This document shows positions 42,064-55,443 of a DNA stretch of 64,000 nt, in pieces; within the stretch, counting starts at the first letter, position 1; the number at the start of each line of letters is the position of its first letter. Under the pieces are notes generated by a model, which was given only the letters and a program-made list of their open reading frames with translations, did not search any database and was not told the origin of the DNA. Where the stretch lies: the NCBI GenBank assembly GCA_044892525.1, contig CM097885.1, positions 234,672,001 to 234,736,000 on the forward strand, written 5' to 3'. Source of the stretch: Schmidtea polychroa. Lineage: Eukaryota. A program made the position numbers and the translations under genes.

Positions 42064-45000
42064 TCCCCTTTATTAGCCACAGAGCTACGGGTATTAATAG
42101 AATCCATAACAAAAACACGTTTATTATAAAAACACAAAATATTCTTAAAACAAATTATAACGTTAATTTGTTTGAGGAGTTTCTAAAAATAATAATTAAT
42201 ATATAAGTAAGGATTTCAACATACAATCAAACATGCACAACATCATACCATTATTTAAATACAAATTACAAAACGCCTCACATCCCCCCCTTTTTGAAAA
42301 CCTTTAACCACTCAATATTTCTCGTGACGGAACTTCCATTTTCCAATTTTATTTCATAACTTCGATCATGAATCTTTTTAGTAATCACACCTGGACCCAT
42401 GTATGTGTTATCACCTTTATTTCGAACATTTACTTTGATATATACGCAATCTCCAATTTGAAATTCGCGATTTGTCGCCTGATTGATTTTTTCTTCTTCC
42501 ACAATCTCTGAGAACCATTCACTATAAATCTTTTTCCCAAACACCATTTCAGCTGGAGTCTTCCTAATTGTTTTTTGAAAAGTTGAATTCAACATAAACT
42601 GAACTTCGGGAAGAATATCTACCCATGATTTATGTCTTTTATCTTTGAGTGTTATCTGTATTGCATCTCTAATTGTACGGAATTGTCTCTCAATCTGTCC
42701 ATTTGCTGAGTGATGATATGGACTTGAATAATTAATTTCAATATTGTGGAATTCTGCAAAATCTTTCATTAGCTTTGATTCAAATGATTTACCTCTGTCA
42801 CAGTTTATTATTCTTGGTGCTCCAAACTTCATTATCCACTCTTCTTTCAGTAATCTTACCACTGTTTTTTCATCTTGCGATTTCACTGCATGTAAAGAAA
42901 TAAACTTACTATGATGATCTATAATCCCAAGAATATATCTTTCTCCTTTCATTGCAAGTTGTAATGGACCACAAAAATCTACATAGATTTTTTCAAATAA
43001 TTTCGAATCACTTTTGCAAATTATTTCTTCTTTTGTTTTAGTTGTATCAACCTTTCTTTTCTGACAGTTTTCACAGGATTGTACAACATTACGAATAGAT
43101 TGCTCCAAATCTTTCATATCAAAATTGTTTGATACATACATTTTTACTTTATTAGCACCCGCGTGACAGAGCTTTTTATGATATTCTATGATGAATTCAG
43201 ACTTGTTTTCTTCTGGAATCCAAATTTTATTATTATTTGTCATAATCACTCCGTTGACATATTTAAAAAATGTTTTATCTGGCATCAAACTAATATTTTC
43301 TTTTATATTTTCAATTTCTTTCGAGTTCTTTTGCCATATATTTTCAATATTATCAGTCATCAGTGTCAACAATCTTGTTTTTAATTTACCCATTTTAGGA
43401 TTTTCATGAATCATTTGACATTGAACACATGTTTCACATTCTTTTCTAGATAAAGCGTCGGCATTATTGTGGTTATCATCTTTTCTGTATTGAATCTCCA
43501 TGTCCAGACCACTAAGATGGTTAATCCAAGTTTGAAATTGTGGGGTAATAGCTTTCTTTGTCTTCATCATAAATGTAATTGCTTTGTGATCCGTCCTCAA
43601 AATAAACTTTTTACCATATAGATAATGCTTAAAATGACCAGTAAAATAAAATATAGATAGTAATTCCTTTCTTGTTATACAATAACCCAACTCGTGTTTA
43701 TTCATAGCTCGGGATCCATATGCGATTACTCTTTCTTTACTTCCATCTTTTTGAAACAAAACAGCACCAATGCGGTCAAAACTTGCATCTGTATCCAAAA
43801 TGAATGGCTTAGAAAAATCTGGGAACTTCAATACAGGTGTAGACGTCAATTTCAGTTTTAAATTTTGAAATGAAGTTTCACACTCATCAGTCCACATAAA
43901 CTTCTTTTGTTTACTTCCTCATAACGCTTCTAATACTTTGGAATCTTTGGTGTAATTTTCTATAAATCTGCGATAGTAATTTGCCAAGCCTAAAAATCTC
44001 TCAAACTTTTTACGCATTTAGGTCTTTCAAAATTTTTAATAGTTTCAATCTTGCTTTCATCCGTACGTATTCCATCTTCACCAATGATATGACCCAAAAA
44101 TTTACTTCTTTCCTTTTGAATTGACATTTTGCTGGACTTATTTTAAGATTTGCTAATTTAATCTTTTGAAAAACCTTTTCAATGGTACTATAATGTTCAT
44201 TCAATGTCTTTGAAAATATAAGGATATCATCCAGATATACAATTGTTCCATTCCAATTTAATTCTCCAAGAACCAAATTCATAAGTCTTTGAAATGTTGC
44301 TGGTGCGGCTGCTATTCCAATTAGCATTCTGTTAAAGTAATATTGCTTGCTTTTGTCGAAAATGCTGTTTTCAATTTTGATGCATCATCGAGTTCTACTT
44401 GATAATAAGCATTGCCTAAATCAATTGTCGAGAAAAACTTTGCTCCGTCAAGAATATCTAATAATTCATCAGTATTTGGAATGGGAAAAAACGGTCTTTC
44501 GGTTATATTATTTAAAGCACGGTAGTCCAATCATATTCTTATATCACTACTGTTTTTCTTTTTAACACACACTAATGGAGAATTCCAAGGAGATGTACAT
44601 TCTGATATAATGCCATATTTCAACATTTCTTGAATATTTTCTTCAATTTTTTCTATTAAATGTATAGGTTGTCGTCTTGGGTTTATTACAATCGGACTAC
44701 CTTAAGTAAGTATTTCATGCTTTAATAGTTCGGTTTTTCCAACATCCCATTTATGTTTCATAAAAATACCGTCAAACGTGGAAATTAAATTATTTATAAT
44801 CTTATCTTCACTTATGTGGTTCTTAAATGAATTTTCCATAATTGTATTTATTTCGTCTGTACGGTTTTCTATTTGCAATTGCATTCCAAATCTTTCGAGA
44901 AAATCTATACCTCCTATTAACTTTGGGTTTATATCTTTGGCTACAACGAATTCTACTTTTTTAATATCAGAAATTTTATCAACTTTTACATTTAATAAAG

Positions 45001-46399
45001 TTTTACCGCAAATTTCAATCGGGCTATCATTCGCACATCTTAATTTTAAATTACTTGTAGTCGTATTCAAATTTCCAAGTTTTTTAAAAATATTATAATC
45101 AATCACACTTATTTTAGCTCCAGTATCTAATAGGTGTTGGGCTAGAACTGATTTCTAGTCCCAAACTTCTAATTGTGACTGAAATGTGTAGGTACACAAC
45201 ATGCAAAAAGCAAAAGGTATAGTTATATATTAAAAAACTACACCAAATAAACAATAATAATTAAAAGAGAAAACAACAAAAACATAAACACAGAAATTAA
45301 ATAAAATTATACAAAAGCAAGAAGTTATGCAAAATAGAACTCAAAAATAACCAAATAAACATAGAGTTACAAAAAACAGACTCGAATAACTTAAAAGACG
45401 GTAAAAACAGAAAAAAATCCAGAAAAACCCAGAACATTCCATAAAAATGGCGATGACCAGCACAAAAACCATAAAAGTTAGAGAAAATAAATAAATTAGT
45501 ATTAAAAATAAAAAATCTTAAAAAGAAATTCATAAAACATCAATTAAATTAAAAATAAATTAAAATTAACATGGAATGTTCTGGAACCGTTCCAAATCCA
45601 TCATGGACGTCAAATTAACGAAAAATAATTATAAAATAAAAATTTAAAAATAAAAACAAAAATTATGGCAAAAGAAATTGCCATTAAAAATATCAAAATA
45701 GCAAATTCTGGAATAAAAAGAATTCGACTTTGTTTTAATGCATCAATACATACACGTGTACAAAATATGTATATATACCGACACGTTTCGGTCACAATTT
45801 AATCACTTTATGCCAAATTTTGATCCAGATTTTGTCAATAGTGAGTATTAATGCTTAAATTTTTTTTATTGTATTATGTATGATATATTTATGTTAAAAT
45901 TAAAGGAGTTTTATAATTTGGTTTTTTTAAATTTTCAAGTAAATACAACGGATCAGCAGCGTCTTAGCACGTCTCTGTTCGGTCCTGCATTTAATCATCA
46001 TATTTTAATTATATTATACAGGCACGCATTATTATTATTTATAAACTTTTGTTGTTCGGGTCCTTCGGAGGTCGAACTACTTCATGGTCCTGCCATGGAG
46101 TTAGGTCGAGGAAACCCTCCGCCTGACTCTTCTTATTTATTAAAGGTCAGCCGTAAATGGTTAATAAAAGGTTAATAAACTGAGTAGATCTCATACCTAA
46201 CTTAATTACAATTTTACAAGTTACATTCACATTGGACGGTTAAAGTATCAATCTCAAAGTATAATATTATTTTTCAAGTATAATTTTTATCATACTATAT
46301 AACTTATGTGGGAAATATAATTAAAAAGTTGAATACTCATGCAGTTTGAAAAGGTAAATTATGAAAAAATCCTGCTTCCGAAGCTCAGTTCATAACTGT

Positions 46400-48000
46400 A
46401 TACCATTCTTAAGATATAATGTGTAAAATGTACTGCCTGTAACCTATAAACTATAAGTGTGTACTAAGTGGGAAGATTATAGTTTATAAACCCCTAATTA
46501 TAATATATAATCACTTTTAAATTCCGAAATGTAATCTATAAACGGCTAACTATAAAGTATTACTAAATCCTTGGTGTTGAAAATATAATTTATAAATCCA
46601 TGATTATAACCTATAAGTATTTATTAAACGTAAAAGTATAATTTATAAACATTTAATTATAAAATATAATCATTTTTAAGTTCGAAAATATAATTTAGAA
46701 ACCTCTAATTATAGAGTATAATTAAATCTTTGATGTTAAAAATATAATTTATAATCTCATAATTATAATTTATAATCACTTTTGAATTCAGAAATATAAT
46801 TTATATATATGTAAATATAAAGTGTAACTAAACCTTTGATGTTAAACATATAATGTACAAATCTGTAATTGGAACTATAATTATTTATTGAGGGTAAAAA
46901 TATAATCTATAGACCCATAATTATAAAGTATAGTCATTCCTAAGTGTGGAAATATAAATATAAAGCATCTAAGTATAAAGTATAATTAAGCGTTGATGTT
47001 AGAAATATAGCTTACAAATCCATAATCATAAATTATAATTATTTACTAAGTGTAGAAATATAAATTCTAAACCCAAGAATTACAAAATATAATCATTTTG
47101 AAGTTCGAAAATATAGTTATAGGCATCTAATTAGGAGATGTAATTGGATTTCGATGTTAAAAATATAATTTATAAATTTATAATTATAAAATATAATCCA
47201 TTTATAAAGTATAATTAAATTTTAAGTTGAAATAAAATTTATAAGTCCATAACTATAACTATAACTATTTATCAAGTGTAAAAAATATAATTTATTCATA
47301 AAGTATAATTAAATTTTAATGTTAAAATTTTAATTTATAAATGTATAACTATAATAACTATATATTGAATATAAAATCTAATTTATAATCACCCCACTAT
47401 GAAATATAAATAAATTTCAAGTTAAAAACATAATTTATAAGTGTAAAGAATATAATCTATTTATAGAGTATAATTAAAGTTTAAGGCTAAAATTATAATT
47501 TATATATAACTATAAACTATAACTATATATTAAGTATAATATATAGTTTATAATCACCCACTATAAAATACAAATAAATTCCAAGTTAAAAACGTAATTT
47601 ATAAGTGTAAAGAATATAAACTATTTATAAAGTATAATTAAGTTGAAATGTTAAGATTATAATTTTCTAAAATTATAACTATAAACCATGACTATATATT
47701 AAGTATAAGTACAATTTGTAATCACCCCACTCTAAAGCACGAACAAATTTCGAGTTAAAATATATTTTACATATAACTAGAAATTGCCACTATTTTCAAG
47801 TTCAGGGATATAATTTATTAATTTCAAGTTGGAAATATAATTTATAACTATATACTCATCAACTATCATCATCTACTAAAACATAATTTATAAGCATACA
47901 AATATAAAGTATACCTACTTCCAATCTCCGCAACATAATCCATAAACACCTACTCATACAGCATAGTTGATTTCTTAGGATCAAAATAAAATTCGAAAAT
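46400..48000. repeat. AT-rich satellite-like array, ~52-bp monomer with ~157-bp higher-order unit
   Basis: AAATATAATTTATAA recurs throughout. Variants of TTGATGTT recur at ~46570, 46728, 46833, 46990 and 47149. Confidence 0.75.
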
Positions 48001-48948
48001 ATCCATCCACAAAGTATATCTAAAAATTTTGTTTGGGTTTTAAAAATATAATAAGTGATTACAAAGTAGGACTACATAATGTGATTTATAAGTGGAACTG
48101 CCATGAACCCCTGGTATGCTAGTTAATATTGGGACACGTGCCCTATAATCGTTATTAATCATAAATACCATCATTATAATCACTGTTGTTACTCTTAATA
48201 AAGAATGTTAAATTTTAAGCTAGACTCGAGTTACCATATAACTTAAAATAACCTACCGTAAAGGGAGATCTCTCAGATCGATCATTCTTCGTACCAACCA
48301 GCAACGAAATCTTCAGTAATGCTGAGGAGCCAGTCACAGATAAGGCGATTATTTCCTACGGAATGTGGTTGATGGAGTAGATTCTGAACAAGCTAAAGAA
48401 GGAGAAGTAATATATGAAAAGCGGATTAGGCTATTATGAACGGCTTCGCTGACGAAGAGGCATTAGAATACGATTCAACAATGAATCTCTCCGTCGACGA
48501 AGACTTTCTTTGAAGCCAATGGGGTTAATAATAAATTAAAAATCTAAATTAGATAATTTAAAATTTCAAATAATATACTATAATGTAAATAATTAATTAA
48601 TGGTTTTGAACCATTAAAACAATCGAATTTGCTTCTTAATTCCAATTTTAGGAAGAAACTACGTCGACAGGCCCGAACATTATAATGAATATAAATAAAT
48701 CGCAGACGAAAATACAAATTTTGGATTTTTTTTTGGGTTGTTTGTTTTGTTTGATTGTTTGTCGGCTAAGTCACCACTGAGTTAGGTATCAACGGATTAT
48801 GCCCTTGATAGGATAGATGTTATGTTAAAGTTCCTTAGGTGAATTCCCTGGTTATGGATTGCTAATAGAAATTTAATCTTAAGCCTGGAGTTTAAACATT
48901 TTTCACTATGTAATAATCAACAGTCTTATATTTTGGATAATCATAGAT

Positions 48949-49313
48949 ATGTCACAATCAAGTAACTCCAGAGATGAAGAGGCCCATCGGCAATTGATCA
49001 CCCGGCTCCGTACACGGTACATATGGTACCGTATCCACGATTGGAATCGTGGATTGGACCTCGATAACTTCGGCCCAGTTATTCGAAGTGGCCCAGAACT
49101 AGACGCCCCGGCGTGGGTGAAGATAGAACCGGCAAACAATGTACTCAAGGAGGCCCGTGATCAAGCGGCTAGTGACGTAGAGGCCGCGCAGGTGCGACTC
49201 AAGAAGATCGAGTTGCAAATAAGGGCAGAAAGGAGGGAGTGCCCCTGGTGGAGTTAGAGGATGCCGAAGCACCCCCACGAAAGAGAGGGAGGCCCCGCAA
49301 ATGCCAATTGTGA
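48949..49313 (+). pseudogene. LTR-internal ORF-A: helical protein with a C-terminal AT-hook after a 1-nt frameshift (~49240)
   Basis: GC-richer coding-like island. The shifted frame reads LVELEDAEAPPRKRGRPRKCQL*. Confidence 0.5.
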
Positions 49314-49495
49314 TTAAGAACCGACTCTTGACTTACTATAATCAACCCCTTTTCATTGTTTGTGTTTTGATGAATAATCAAAATTGGTTGAGGATTATAT
49401 TTTACTCCTTTTAATAAATTATCTTATGAATGAATCGCGTGTCTAATATCTAAAAATATCGTTATGTATAATATTGACCTTATTATATTGAATGA

Positions 49496-49966
49496 GTGGA
49501 ATGCTGCAAGAAGGTAATCATTGTATTTTGTCTAGTGTTCAAATTATTTGAAAATCTACGAAAGGACAGAGAAGAAGCCCAAAAACAGGCCGAGGAGCTC
49601 CGCGTACGAGTGAACAAGCTCAAAGGGAGGTGCCGGGAACTCGAAGGCACCTGGTTCAGTCCCGAGGACATGAAAAAGAAGGTAGCGCAGGTCCTCTAAC
49701 TACAGACTCAAGCCACGCAGGATCAGATGGAGATCCGGGCACTGAAGCTCCAACTTCGCGCGTTAGAAACCGAGCGCAATGAGCAAGTGGTTCACGGGGC
49801 CGCAATCAGCCAAATCCGGCCGTTGACCGTGGAGCTAGCAGCAATATACCCTCCGGCCGTGAAAGAGAAACCCAAAAGAAAGCGGTTGGGACGGAAAATC
49901 CGGGAAAAATTAAAGAAGGCTAGATTAGCCGAATATGAGCGACAAGAAAGGTCGACATCAACGTAA
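49496..49966 (+). pseudogene. LTR-internal ORF-B: coiled-coil/basic protein with one in-frame stop (49697)
   Basis: Two track ORFs in the same frame. Homologous to ORF 53917 (LEGTWFSP..MK). Confidence 0.7.
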
Positions 49967-50663
49967 TTTGAGTAACAAGAACAGTCACTGAGGCCATATA
50001 CTTTGAATATTCTTCTTTGTGTTGTTTATTGTCATGGTATAATTACAAACGTAGTTAAATTAATGTATGAGGCATGTTGTTTACAAATATTGAGTGACTG
50101 AAAATTGGCGTGTGGAAATTTTGGGAAAACAATGTTGGTAAGAGACCTGAGGAAAATCGGACACAAACCTTCTAACGGTAGTCCGTGAACCCATCGAGTG
50201 CTCGACAATTATAGTGCCTTGGTGCGCTCACTTTTTGCGAGCACTCAACCCTTGGTACAGTACCAACGTTGATTACTCAACGGGTACCAAGCGGAAAGAC
50301 ACATGTTCTATTTTGGGTTACGCTAGTAACAGCACTGAATAACAAACATCCGACCACCTGTAACCCACCATAGGCATACTAATTTTACATTATTAATCAT
50401 CACGGTAACACTGGGCCTTCCCTGCATTCTATCGTATACTATTATATCATTCCGTTTATTACGATTAAGAACATTTATTTCATTAGAAGTTAGGGGTGGA
50501 TCTTTAAAAACTTCATCCATACAAAATTTATTAATGTATATATTAATATAATTTCTATAATCAAAAACACCATCACAACAGTTATCATTCAAACTATCAC
50601 AATCATTCAAACTATCACAATCATTCAAAATCATACAACCCTTACTCATATCATTAATTACCT

Positions 50664-51692
50664 TTAATTTATTGTTCCAATCACCTCCTCGTGTGGTGGA
50701 GCATTCCCATTTGGGTACTCAAAATCAGACTCTGGATCCTCGTCACCGAATGCAGCCACTGATTTATGGAATTTTCGATGTCTGCCTGGAAATAACTCAT
50801 GGCACTGATGTTTGAAATGTCTAGATCTTTTACAGTGGACACATTGAATATTGGGGCATTCAGATCTTCTATGACCTTCTTCGTGGCACGCCCAACATCG
50901 CAAAATTTGATTTGTTCGGGCATGATCTCGCGAATGAAATTCCCTGGTATTATAAGGCTTACTTCTATTCATAGGTTTCCATCCATTTGAAATAGCATAT
51001 CGATGTTCTCTGGTAAGATCGCCTTTGAATCTTGGATTATGTTGAGGTTCTCTTTTATATTCATCTTTGAATCTGGGATTAGCTTCTCGTTCTCGAATTG
51101 ATCTGCTATCATAACTATATCTTGGTAAGCTCTTCTTAACAGCATCAGCATAGCGTTGTGTTTTATTCATTGAAGCTACATCAGCATGAAATACATTAAT
51201 TTCTTTTGAAACTTGATCGTGTCTCTTTAATCTTTCTTTCATTTCATCAAATGATTTTAAATCTTGCATTTTGAGATCTTTTTTAACTTCTTTATCTTCA
51301 AGCGAATTGAATAGCAAAAATTTCTTTAGTTCTTCTTCATCAAGTTTATGCTTCAAAATATTTTTTGCAAGTTTCTCAATTTTTGAGCAGAATTCTTCGG
51401 CAGCCTCATTTCCTTGACGATAATTTAGCGCTTCGTTGAGATCATCGATAAGACTTCTGTTCTTAGCAAAAGCGTTTCTTAATCTTAGTGTATAACGCAG
51501 AGTTTCATTAGTCAACTCATATTTCTTCGTTGAATTGATTGATAGAAAAGCTTTGACGAATTTGCTTCTGTATTCATCGACAATATTTGTCATCTCGAAG
51601 AATCGTTCCGTTTCTAAGATAAAATCTTCCACGTCTGAATCCATGTCATATGTTTCTGGTTGCTTGATAGAATTTGCAATCGTGGTCGCCAT
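50664..51692 (-). CDS. gag: Gypsy-2 Gag
   Basis: Homologous to Gypsy-1 Gag (SLIDDL.EALNY.QGNE); CWACHEEGHRRSEC knuckle. Confidence 0.9.
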   Translation of the reverse strand: MATTIANSIKQPETYDMDSDVEDFILETERFFEMTNIVDEYRSKFVKAFLSINSTKKYELTNETLRYTLRLRNAFAKNRSLIDDLNEALNYRQGNEAAEEFCSKIEKLAKNILKHKLDEEELKKFLLFNSLEDKEVKKDLKMQDLKSFDEMKERLKRHDQVSKEINVFHADVASMNKTQRYADAVKKSLPRYSYDSRSIREREANPRFKDEYKREPQHNPRFKGDLTREHRYAISNGWKPMNRSKPYNTREFHSRDHARTNQILRCWACHEEGHRRSECPNIQCVHCKRSRHFKHQCHELFPGRHRKFHKSVAAFGDEDPESDFEYPNGNAPPHEEVIGTIN

Positions 51693-51697
51693 ATTAG

Positions 51698-54600
51698 TGT
51701 TGGGCTAAAAAGTAAAATAATGATTTAAGGAACATAGGAGGAAAATTAATAAGAAATAAAACAGAAAACTAGAAACGAATCAAAAATAAATAAAAACCTA
51801 GATAACTAAACCATATGAATAAATATTAACCGAAGAGGATTAAAACAAAAAATAAAGAATGAAAAAGTAAGATAAGAAAACCGGAAAAATAGGGTAATAA
51901 TGGAAATTAAATAATAAATAAGAAAATTAATAAAAAATAAAAAGAAAACAATAAAGAAACACTAAGAAAACCACGAAAAATCAAAGAAAAATAAATTAAA
52001 TTAAAAATTACAACGCACTCAATTTTGATTGGTTCGCAGAGAAACCAAAATGAGTATATAAGGGAAACACTAAAACAGAACTTTCAATGTTAAACCAAAG
52101 CATTTACAGGTAACATAAATTTTGTTAAGAATATCAATGTTAAATCAAAGCATTTACAGTACTTACAGCATTTCCAGCATCTACAGCATTTCAGGGACAT
52201 CAATCATTCGAAAACTCACTAGGAGAATTCTACGCCACAAATCACTCGCGGATCTATTATTTGATTTCAATTGAAAAGATAACTCGTAATACCAGTAAGT
52301 ATTCTATCTATATTTATGAAAAGTTTGAGTAATTTAATTATGGGTAGAAATAAGCATTAAAATTTAAGCATTATATTTAAGGTTTTCCTTGCTTACCAAT
52401 CAATAAAATTTTGTATGATTAGTAAAGATTTGTAAATTTATAAATACAATTTTATTGTTTTATTTAAGAGTTTTTCGTTTATCATGCACCTTTCAGGATT
52501 TTAGATATATGAATTTGAATTTTATGCATTTATCATTATATTCCGCGAAGCTGACGTTCGGCTGGCCACGGCTTGAGGGACACTTGTTGTTCTTCTAGTC
52601 AGAAGGTCGGGTGTGACATCAGTGTCGCGTGGTCTGCACGGGTCATCGTGGGGGTTTCCTCACTGATCTGGCGCCACAGGAAAGGAGAGTAGAGGTTCAG
52701 GGCATATCAAGCAAGGATAGTACAAATGGGAGAAATGACATCGTTTACAAAAGTAATTTGAGAGGTGGTTCGCAATGATTGAGATGGCCGTTTCATGTTC
52801 GCGTACACGTTATTTCCAGTCAATTTATTATAGATCGTCAAGCAATAAATCGTCGGAGCTTAGATTCCATCGTCGATCCGTCTTCTAAGAACTATTAATG
52901 CCATTTTCTCGATCCTCGTCATGTAATTCCCTCGCCATCGTCAGCTAGAGGAAAGTGAAGTTAACCAGTTTAGTTTTTCAGATACTTCGGAACGTACTTT
53001 TAATAAGTTGAGGTCATGATGACGATAAATTTTATTCATAATCACACTAATTTGTTTCCAAAGGTGTACACGCCAGAAAGCCAATATCAGCGTTATGCTT
53101 CATGATTTTTTTATAATTTCATCAATCGTCCGATAATAGTTGCTAAAAGTCGGGATGAGAATTCACGTCCACCACTGGGTAAAACCGATTAGTTTTCTCG
53201 ATAAAATCTACTACAAGATAATACTGACTACTGAGAATTGGCAGTTGAACTTGACTAAAACTTCAGATAAGAATAATTTGAACAGTAAAACCCCTGCCAG
53301 TCGGATATTTCCATGAATTAAGTGTCAAGTGTAGATTAGCCATGAGAGATTATTTAATGATACCATGTGAGAATTTTGACATTATTATGGGCAAAAATCA
53401 GATGATTGTGTGGGATCAACCCGGTGGAGTGATAAGCCAAGTTTTGCGCTGACATGTCAAACAATTTTTGGTTAAATGAGTATCTGAAATACAAGGCATA
53501 TGAATCGAATTAATTAATCTGTTTAATTTAATTAAATAATGTTTTGATGGGAAATAAGACCCTGGCCCAAACAATAAATTTTGCTAAATTCTTTTGAATA
53601 ATTAGAACCTCCGATTTTTCTCTAACGATATATATGACACTGACTGATTGTTAATTAGCCTAGGATATCACCCTTGAATGTTGTTCGGCGGGCGAGATTG
53701 AGTGATAGTTGTACTGAGATTGTCAAGTTTATGATTATTATTTGCACTTCCTATAGGTATGATGATTGTTGAGGTGTCCATCGTTTTTCAATAAATTCTC
53801 ATTATTATTATTATTATCATTAATATGTTCTACCGGTCCACCAATAGTCGAGGCGTGGGGACGGATTATGATTAAGCAAACTCGATATATACCTATTTGA
53901 TGTCTTAAATTTCAGAATGTCTAAAACTCCCGTACATACTACCCCTTTACGACCTTGCTTCTCTTGCGCAGAAAAAAATCTCCTCATACAAACTCTCCAG
54001 ACTCAAAATGGCCTCCTCAAGAAGAAAGCTGACCACCTAGAGGGGACATATTTCTCCCCAAGTCAAATGAAGGAAGTGAGAACCAGACTCACTCGAGTAG
54101 AGAAGTGTAGGGACGATGTGCTGGAGGAAAATCGCGCGTTACGCATTCTTATTAAGGAGCAATCTGAGGCGTTGCATCGAGTATTCATACAGGCATCGGT
54201 CACGCGGAAAATTGTCAACATTCCACTCGCGGAGGAAGATAATTTATTCCCGTCCCACACTCTTTCTGGGATCTCAGCAATAAAACCATCAAACCAGGTC
54301 CACTCAAACCAATCAAGTATTTCCCAGCCAATAATTCCACCCGAAGTCGTTTATACTGGCACCAGTCATGCTGACCCCAGGATAGTGGATTTAACCGCTC
54401 CAGTCGCTCCTACAGAAGGGAAGAAAGTAAAGAAACGCCGGCAACCTTCTAGGGCTGAGCGTACCAAAAGAAGAAGAGCTCTTCAGGCCGAAAGGGAAGC
54501 GACGTTGATCGCCTCTATTCCACAACTAGCAGCAACTCCTACGATAATGTCCACCTCACGTCCTCTCCCCGTCTTCCGGGTAGTCCCGCCCACTGATTCT

Positions 54601-55233
54601 TCGTGGGAGGAGAACGCTAAAGATTTCTTCGATCTCGACGAGATCTTCGCCGGAACTTCTCCGAACACACTATGATCCCTGTTAAATCCAGAATACTGTG
54701 TGAACTCATAACTCAAATTTTGCTGTAATAATTCATTCTTTCTCATGGTTCATTTGTTTTATCTCGCATGTATGGGCGAAGTATGAATGTTGAAATGTGA
54801 GTCTGAGTAACGATAGAATGAGAATAATAGATGTGAAGTATACTGTACAGTCGAATGTATGCGGAATGTGTCGTAGTGTATGAAACCCAGAAAGGGCCAG
54901 TGAGTGAAACTGATTTGAGGTCGATTACTAGTCGAAACGACGTAAGCACTTCCGGATGATGAGAACGACGTAAGCCCTTCTATCGGTAGTCGCGTGTTAG
55001 TTAAGTCGAGTTACGATGGGGAAGTAGTCCTAAGGCAGGGGCTCACCTGCTCCATCGTAGCTCGCCGACATGGCACAGTACCAACATGATGCAAGTCATG
55101 GGTGTCATGTTCGGAGTGTGATCGTGTGGGTTTTGGTCGAGGGTTCCTTGATGTGAGGAATGCAGAGTGCGTGTGTAGGACTATCATCCCCTGGTATGTG
55201 AAAATATTTTCCAACCCGACCCAAGACCCAGCA
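51698..55233 (+). mobile_element. 3536-bp solo-LTR-like element (same family), inserted in the Gypsy-2 5' LTR
   Basis: TGTTGGGCTA...GACCCAGCA termini with perfect 4-bp TSD TTAG. GATTGG (52027) and TATATAAG (52055) are promoter-like motifs. Confidence 0.87.
53917..54675 (+). CDS. LTR-internal 252-aa coiled-coil/basic protein of unknown function
   Basis: Intact ORF preceded by a TTTCAG acceptor-like site; homologous to ORF-B. Confidence 0.72.
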   Translation: MSKTPVHTTPLRPCFSCAEKNLLIQTLQTQNGLLKKKADHLEGTYFSPSQMKEVRTRLTRVEKCRDDVLEENRALRILIKEQSEALHRVFIQASVTRKIVNIPLAEEDNLFPSHTLSGISAIKPSNQVHSNQSSISQPIIPPEVVYTGTSHADPRIVDLTAPVAPTEGKKVKKRRQPSRAERTKRRRALQAEREATLIASIPQLAATPTIMSTSRPLPVFRVVPPTDSSWEENAKDFFDLDEIFAGTSPNTL

Positions 55234-55443
55234 TTAGCCACAGAGCTACGGGTATTAATAGAATCCATAACAAAAACACGTTTATTATAAAAACACAAAA
55301 TATTCTTAAAACAAATTATAACGTTAATTTGTTTGAGGAGTTTCTAAAAATAATAATTAATATATAAGTAAGGATTTCAACATACAATCAAACATGCACA
55401 ACATCATACCATTATTTAAATACAAATTACAAAACGCCTCACA

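Larger units (their letters stand above)
45135..50370 (+). mobile_element. 5236-bp solo-LTR-like element (giant LTR family)
   Basis: TGTTGGGCTA...TAACCCACCA termini with perfect 4-bp TSD TAGG. No gag/pol and no terminal direct repeats were seen. Confidence 0.85.
42278..50715 (-). pseudogene. pol: Gypsy-2 pol, with frameshifts and stops; split in the protease motif (VCL|LDTGA) by the 45135-50370 insertion
   Basis: ORF pieces 50371-50649, 44702-45134, 44321-44530, 44010-44327 and 42278-43897 are homologous to Gypsy-1 Pol. Confidence 0.9.
42071..55443 (-). mobile_element. Gypsy-2 LTR retrotransposon carrying two nested insertions
   Basis: 212-bp LTRs (42071-42282; 51692-51697 plus 55238-55443), 5-bp TSD CCCTT, PBS TGGCGACCACGA and PPT AAAAAGGGGGGGA. 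Confidence 0.93.
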
